Source: Heteronotia binoei
Taxonomy: Eukaryota
Direction of reading: 5' to 3'
DNA length: 64,000 nt
NCBI RefSeq assembly: GCF_032191835.1
Contig: NC_083240.1
Coordinates: 18,290,001-18,354,000 of the forward strand
In this document: in pieces, positions 57,201 through 64,000 of the stretch
How positions within the stretch are numbered: position 1 is the first letter of the stretch
Layout: the number at the start of each line of letters is the position of its first letter
The notes under the pieces: generated by a model
What the model was told of the DNA's origin: nothing
The model's input: only the letters and a program-made list of their open reading frames with translations
The model's database searches: none
Program-made: the position numbers and the translations under genes

Positions 57201-60200
57201 ATGCAAAGCAGACACTTTCCCACCAAGCTGCGGCCCTTTAGTCTTCCATCTGCCCTAAAATCTATTCAGCATTGAAATGAGGAGGTCTCAAGCTAGTGAA
57301 AGGTCTGCTTGGGTCTCACAGGAAGTGAGAAACGTGTAACTTTTTGTATAGAGAAAACCGGGACTGGAGAAACCCCAGCTTGCAAAAACCCCTTGTGTTG
57401 TTTCCCCACCTTTGGTGTGAAATAGATCCCTATTCCTTCTGCTGTGTCAAACTGTCTCACGCAACCTCTATAAAAACGGAATGTTTTCAAGATACTATTT
57501 AAAGACCCATATCTAAGCTTGCAACGTCGCCTTCCCCTGAGCATTTGGAAACTGATATTTCTGTCTTGCATTGAAGATTACAGATAAAAACTACGTCAGA
57601 TTCCTTTCAAACTGGAAGAAAGAGAACAAACCGCACGTGCTTCTGTTTGATCACATGCCTCTCGTCCCGTTGTTATACAAGGTAAAGGAGCTCCACCGTG
57701 CAGCAATAGCTTCATAACTCTCCCTCTAGGGATCAAGAGGGGCTTCCTTAGTATAAAGCAATGGTGACCTTCTGGCTTCATTTTTGGAGTTTTTGTGAGG
57801 GGCGTGGTCTGTAGAGCTGGCCTTTGGAAAGCTCCCTCTGCTACTGTTGCCACAAATCCCAAAGAGGCCTTCCTTAACATCATCATGGGCTGGGATTCAA
57901 AACTTATTGGAAGCGAGTCAGGCTTTGGGAACAAGTGAAATCTGGGTGAGTGGGGGGGAAAGAGGAGCAGGAAGGCATGTAGCGGAACAGGGAGGTATTC
58001 AAAATTGAAGAAACGAGAGCAAACTGGCTTGGTAAAAATGTGTCGGGGTAGAGGATATGCCATGCCTGACTGGGAACACATCACAGTCTGGAGTACTAGA
58101 TGCCAGTTTGCATCCTCTAGTCGTGAATAATGGAATCTGAAAATGTGGTGTTTGTTTGTTTTACAATCCTGGCAGCTTTCTAAACTGCCCTGGGTACTGA
58201 TGAGGGGGATAGGGCCCCTGACCCATGCTGTGTCATCAACTGCATAAGAGCAGCAAGGGCAAATCCTGTATGTTTGTTTGATTCCTCCCAGCTGACTGCT
58301 TTTGCATACCGAGACTATTTGTCCTTCGGATACGTATACGTTGGTCTCGGAGGGATCGAAGAGCTGTCCAGCCAGTACAACATCAACGTCTACACACCTA
58401 CCATGATGGTCTTCAAGGAACACATCGACAAGCCTGCTGATGTCATCCAGGTATCGTTCTCCAGCTGCCACGTGAGACTTTTTGGAGTCTGTCTCTTTGC
58501 GAGTCATTTTGCTCAATAATGTCTGTCAGATGCAGAACCCCAAGAGTTTTGTCACTCTTTAAACACTGGCATTTACTGTAGCTTTCATGAGGCAGATGTA
58601 GTCTGAACTGGCAGAGACGCACACATCCCGTTAAACTTTGGCGTTATAAGGTAGTGAAACGCAGGAGGTACAGACTGTGGCATTTCTGGGCAAAACATGA
58701 TTGTGTACATGCAGTGACTGCTAACGAGAGCAGCCAAGCGATCGATGCACAGCCTTGTTAGGACTGCTGAGCTACTTTGCCTTTGTGTTTGCATGTTCTA
58801 TCAATGTGTGCGTACGTGCATGTCCAGCCTTGTTCCCTGGCACAAACCCAAAGAGGCAGGCACACTGAGAGCCAGCATGGTGTGGTGATTAGAATGTCAT
58901 GACAAGGATCTGTAGTCCCCAGATTCAGATCTTCACTCTACTGTGGAAACTTGGTGGATGATCTTGGGCTGTCTCAGCCTAACTTGTCTCAAAGGGGGGG
59001 GGTGTTATAATAAAATGGAGGAGAATTATGAAAGCCGTTTTGATCCAACGTAGCAAAAGGGGGATCCTTCACCCTCTGCTATTCAGTGCAGGGCTCTGTC
59101 CCATGCTCTATAAAGGACTGCACACGCTGCTAGCACTTCATAAACCATAAATAATATGAACAGCCGTTGAAGGAAGACTCAGGAAAGGCTAAGTCTGTTG
59201 TCCTCCTTCTTTTAGATCTTTTCCTGTAAATAGATGCTACATTTTGCTTCCATCCTGAGCATATATTTTCAGTTTTCATTGAGGTATTAACTCTGCCCTT
59301 CTAGAGAGGGCTGCATTCTTTGGCTGACAGGTTAATTTAGTTGATTGATTGGCAAGGCTGAGATTTAATAGCGTACCCAGTTGGGTTTTGATTCCAGTGC
59401 ATTCCTGTATTAAAGGATGACAAGTGGCTGACTAATTACTTCTCTTTCTAACTACTTAACAACTTTTCTTCTCTTGAACTCTAACATTAGTTGGCTGTTC
59501 CTTCAGTGTGTTAAAAAAGAACACATTTTGGGATTTACATCCATTAAAAAGCACAACATCCATTAAAAGACACAACTTGAGTTCCTTAATTTGGTTATTT
59601 CTTCCAGCCTTCACTGGTGTTTACCAGTTTTCCTTTCTTCTAGGCCCGGGGGATGAAGAAACAGCTCATTGATGACTTCCTTTCCCAGAACAAATTCTTG
59701 ATGGCCTCCCGGCTCACTAGCCAGAAGCTTTTCCAGGAGTTGTGTCCGGTGAAAAAATCTCACAGGCAGCGCAAGTAAGACACATCACACATAAGAACAT
59801 AAGATAAGCCAGCCTGGATCAGGCCAATGGCCCAACCAGTCCAACACTCTGTGTCACCCAGTGGCCAAAAAACCCAGGTATCATCAGGAGGTCCACCAGT
59901 GGGACCAGGACACTAGAAGCCCTCCCACTGTGCCCTCCCCCAAGCACCAAGAATACAGAACATCACTACCCCAGACAGAGAATTCCAACGATACGCTGTG
60001 CCTAATAGCCACTGATGGACCTCTGCTCCATATGCTTATCCAATCCCCTCTTGCAGCTGTCTATGCTTGTAGCTTCCACCATCTCCTGTGGCAGTGAATT
60101 CCATGTGTTAATCACCCTTTGGGTGAAGAAGTACTTCCTTTTATCAGTTCTAACCCGACTGCTCAGCAATTTCATTGAATGTCCACGAGTTCTTGTGTTG

Positions 60201-63200
60201 CGAGAAAGGGAGAAAAGTACTTCTTTCTCTGCCTTCTCTATCCCAAGCATAATCTTGTAAACCTCTATCATGTCATCCCTCAGTTGACGTTTCTCCAAGC
60301 TAAAGAGCCCCAAGCGTTTTAACCTTTCTTCATAGGGATGGCTCCATGTTGCTGGTTTATGAGGTTTCTGCATCTGATTACAGCGCTTAATTGTACAAAG
60401 TTTTGAGTCCAGTGACACATTTAAGACCAATGAAGTTTAATTTTGGGTATAAGATTTTGTGCGCACGCGTGCCTTTTCGGATACCTTTTGTAAAGTTGAT
60501 GGAGTTCCATTCAATGTGGCTTAATGTGATAAGGTAGATTCAGGTGGATAGCTGTTCTGGTCTGAAACAAAAGACCAAAGTTTGAGTCCAGTAGCTCCTT
60601 TAAGACCGACAACGTTTAATTCTGTGTATAATTCCCCGCTTTCATTTCGACTCACACTTGAAATGTGTATGCATGCAAAAGTTCACACCCAGAATTAAAC
60701 TCTGTTGGTCATAAAGGTGCCTCTGGACTCAAACTTCGTTCTTGTTGCTCCAGGCTAACACGGCTACCCACCAGGGCTTAATTGTGTGTGTTTTGATCAA
60801 AGGGCGAGGGCTGTTCTTAAGAACTTCACCAGTTGGAACCGGCTTTCCAAGCTCATGGTGTACTTTCCTCTGAGCTTCCCATAATTCAGTGGGTCTTTTT
60901 CACTGTAACTCAGCATTGACAGAAGGAATTGCCTGGCTTTCGAAAGCATGGGTGTCCACTGATGCCATTCCACACCTAGGGATGAAAGACTGAGAAATAT
61001 TCTCATAGTTCCTCAAGAGTTTTGCTGGTGAAAAGAGCTTTGCGTGACTTGCAGGGTTAACAAAAAGGGCTATGCTGAGTTGCTTGAATGGGGGCTTGAT
61101 AGTCAGGAGGGGCTGTGGCTCCATGGTAGAGCATCTCTTTCATGCAGAAGGTGGCTGGATCAGTTCCCAGCATCTCCAGTTTAATAAAAGGTTCAGGCAG
61201 TAAGTGATAGGAAAGCCCTCTAAAACGCCAGAGAGCTGCTTCCAGTCTGAGCAGACAATACTGATCTTGACAGAGGAGTGGTCTGACTCAGTATGTAAGG
61301 CGTCTTCATGTTTAATTCTGCTTTCAAGGCCAAGCCAGTCACTTGTGAAGGAGATCAAGCCTCCCTTGATATTTGCCTGACTGTGATACTGCTCCAACAA
61401 GGGCACCAGAACTTTGTGTTCCTTGGGAGACCTTGAACCCTCTTTTCTTGGTGGTGGTCTAGGTACTGTGTGGTCTTGATTACTGGCGAGAGTGACAAGT
61501 TTGCCACCAGCTACGAAGCCTTTCTGGCCTTCGCCACGGCCAACACCAAAGACACTGTGAGGTTTGTCCACGTCCACGGGAGCAGCCAGAGGGAGTTTGC
61601 CCGGGCTTTACTTCCAGACGATGACAAGTTCTGGGGGAAGTCTGCTGTGAGTATTTTGCGTGTCTTTTTGGTTTGTAAAACGTTTAACTCAGCTCACCCT
61701 GTGTCGTTCGGGCTTGGTCTCTTAAAGATGCTTGTAAGGAACATCAGGCTGAAATGGGACAACACGATCATGCCCCTTGGGAAAAGAATATTGCTGGACC
61801 CAGTAGAAGTTGGTGAATCAGCATTCACTGCTTTTCATTATATCAAGCAGATGAGATGTAACTTGCTGTGCTGCTCCCTTTGCAAGTAGTGGGAAGGTCC
61901 AGGTTCAAATCTCCTCTCAGACAGGAAAGCAGATGGGTCAGTCACACAATCTCAGCTGACCTTCCTCACAGGGTTGCAATGATGCTAAAAGAGCGGAGAG
62001 GGGAACTTTGTTTGCTGCTCCGAACTCCTTGGGAAGAAGAGGAGGAGGAGAAGAAATTGGATTTATACCCTGCTCTTCGCTAACCCAAGGAGTCTCAGAG
62101 CTGCTTACAATCCCTGCTTACAGTCCTTTCCCTCCCTGCAACAGACACTCTGTGAGATAGGTGGGGCTGAGAGAGCTCTCCCAGAACTGCTCATGAGCAG
62201 AACAGCCCTGAGAGAACTTGTGGATGGCCCAAGGTCACACCAGCAGCTGCAAGTGGAGGAGTGGGGAATCATACACAGTTCTCCCAGATAAGAGTCCATG
62301 CACTTAACCACTATGCCAAACTAGCTCTGAAAGTAGAGTGGCATAGGAATGGAGTGGACAGTGGCTGTCAGATGACAACAGGTCATCTCCATAGCCTGAG
62401 AATAATACTTAAGTGTCTGACCTGGATGACCCAGGCTAGCCGGATCTCATCACATTTCAGAAGCTAAGCAGGGTTGGCCCTGGTTAGTACTTGGATGGGA
62501 GGCCAGGAGTACTATGCGGAGGCAGTTAATGGCAAACCACTGTTCGTCTCATGCTTCAAAATCGGTTGCCATTAGTTGGCTGTGACCTGACGGAGCTTCC
62601 CACCACCAACTATTACTACTACTGCTACTGCTACACTAAGCATTAATACTTCATTTGCAGTATCCCAAATGATTGTGTATGTTATTATACAATCTTCCAT
62701 CTTACATAGCTCCAGGGCTTTTTTTTGTAGCAGGAAACCCCTGATGTAACCAATCTCCCAAGGGCTCACTGGGCTATTATTACAGGGCCTACCGTAAGCT
62801 CCAGGAGGATTGGCTACATCGGGGGTTTGTGGCCTAATATGCAAAGGAGTTCCTGCTACAAAAAAAGCCCTGCGTAGCTCAGTTTATGAAGTTGGAGGCC
62901 AGTGTTTCCAGCTGGAAACCCTGTGTTTTAAAGATATCGTATACTCTTTTATTGATGTTAAATTGTTAGGTACATACTGTTAACCCTGTATTGCTGGTGG
63001 AATGATGACAAGAGTCTTGTTTTCTTTTAACGGCTTTTCAATACATGCGGCCTTCCCCACCAAATTGCAATCTGTTCTTTTGCCTCTGGTTCAGGTGGTC
63101 ATCTTGGAGAGGCGTAACAATGCGGGACGGGTTGTCTATAGAGCTCTGGAAGATCCCTGGAGCGGCAGCAAAGAAGACAACTTCATCCTTCTGGATATTT

Positions 63201-63277
63201 TGGACCAGTTAAGGACAGACCCCGGATCTCTCTCCTCTGATACGATCCTGGCAGACTTGAACGATGAGCTCGCTCCC
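51207..63277 (+). CDS. DNAJC16: DnaJ homolog subfamily C member 16 (ERdj8), 3'-partial; continues beyond the window
   Basis: Coding exons 51207-51373, 52858-52924, 54817-55159, 56506-56690, 57577-57681, 58292-58450, 59644-59774, 61463-61646, 63095-63277. Signal peptide, J domain (FDPYRILGV...KKLAREWHPDKNK), thioredoxin-like WCFSC motif (CFSC at 55096-55107), and downstream GVGIGVVHAGYERRLAHHLG matching vertebrate DNAJC16 as recalled. Confidence 0.95.
59790..60345 (-). mobile_element. CR1-type LINE 3' end (second family, long 3' UTR ending TTATGTTCTTATG)
   Basis: [28 protein letters not shown]...FFTQRVINTWNSLPQ...KRGLDKHM. 3' UTR fragments of this family at ~12270-12332, 13312-13600, 27825-27895, 30578-30722, 41000-41165. 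Confidence 0.85.
62421..62637 (+). mobile_element. 5S rRNA-derived SINE with (TAC)n tail
   Basis: CAGAAGCTAAGCAGGGTTGGCCCTGGTTAGTACTTGGATGGGAG is near-identical to 5S rRNA boxes A/IE/C; followed by an AATGGCAAACCAC Bov-B-type tail. Confidence 0.75.
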
Positions 63278-64000
63278 GTGAGTAACACTGCCCATTTGAA
63301 CATACTTCTGTGTGTGCAACAGGGAGAGGGCCATTGGTGGAGCAGGGATGGTGGTGCTGGGAATTCAGTCAGGCCCATAGCTACGAGGGGGACTGTGGGG
63401 GCACAGCCCACCCCAACTTCTGGGCGAGGCCCCCTAAATTTGGGCCCCCATTAGCCCTCAGGGTCTCTGGTCTCCTTCCTGCCGTCCTTCCTTCCCCGTC
63501 ACCCAAATCCTGTGTGGGGGTAGGTGGCAGAAGCAGCCTCCCGGCCTTCCGCTGGCCAGTTAAAGCACCCGCCGATCAGCTGATCCACAGGCCCTTTAAC
63601 TGGAGAGGAAGGCTGGGACTGCTTCTGCTGCCCATCATCCTGCACTATTTGAGTGGCAAGGGAAGGGAGGGTAGGGGAGCTCCCCCCAGCCCTTAAAGCC
63701 AAGGAAAAACACTTGTCAGTTTCCCTCTGCAGCATGCACCGAGTTCAGCCGGCGCTGGAAAGGAGCATCTCCATTTTTCCTTGGTTTTAAGGGGTGGGGA
63801 GATTCCCCCCACCCCTTAAAGCTAAGGACAAACACTTGTCAGTTTCCCTCCCTTCCCCACCACTCAAATAGCAGCCGGGCCAGGTGGCAGCAGAAACAAT
63901 CCCAGCTGTCTGCTCTGACCCTGTGCCCTATTTGAGTGGCGGCCCTCCCTTTCCCACCACTCAGATAGCATGTGGGCTGGCCAGGCAGAAGCAGTCCCGC

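Noticed and set aside
57596-58516. 306-codon minus-strand ORF, the longest in the track
   Set aside because: It is antisense to DNAJC16 exons and the intervening intron, has no recognisable domain, and long antisense frames are common opposite coding exons; there is no independent support.
62440-62505. Possible 5S rRNA gene
   Set aside because: The 5' and 3' ends of 5S are missing or diverged, there is no oligo-T terminator, and it is fused to a Bov-B-like tail; it is a 5S-derived SINE.
76-63735. Most short ORFs in the supplied track
   Set aside because: They are chance frames in introns and repeats or partial read-throughs of exons; only those matching spliced exons or LINE ORF2 fragments were used.
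63330-64000. Repeated CCTTAAAGC.AAGGA.AAACACTTGTCAGTTTCCCTC and CCACTCAAATAG motifs at the right edge
   Set aside because: Probably subterminal repeats of a DNA transposon running off the window; I cannot see both ends or a TSD, so it is not called.

Overview
Vertebrate genomic DNA, almost certainly a squamate reptile and probably a gecko (inferred from the SINE, CR1, L1, Rex1/Babar, Penelope and hAT-MITE content). It is syntenic with the human 1p36 block CELA2-CASP9-DNAJC16. I reconstructed four spliced genes by hand from GT-AG sites, reading frame and recalled homology; the supplied ORF track is mostly noise because exons are short. (1) Elastase-2 copy 1, + strand, 8 exons, 2205-11709, 269 aa. 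(2) Elastase-2 copy 2, + strand, 8 exons, 17679-27095, 269 aa; the two arose by a ~13 kb tandem duplication and are ~88% identical in protein. (3) CASP9, - strand, 10 coding exons, 42589-29777, 420 aa, QACGG active site. (4) DNAJC16/ERdj8, + strand, head-to-head with CASP9, 9 coding exons from 51207, running off the right edge. Best leads: copy 1 has a Gly216->Val S1-pocket change (elastase-1/3-like), GDSGS in place of GDSGG, and an extra unpaired Cys; exon 3 is 100% identical between the copies while other exons differ by ~12% (exon-limited gene conversion); a SINE appears to supply the branch point for copy-2 exon 6; a tail-less internal LINE ORF2 piece sits in the copy-1 promoter; Penelope-derived palindromes carry hammerhead-ribozyme cores; CASP9 has an extra 81-nt linker exon, an ANPF IAP-binding motif and a 67-bp tandem array built from a LINE 3' end. 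No database searches were run: family names come from recalled motifs and counts were made by hand.
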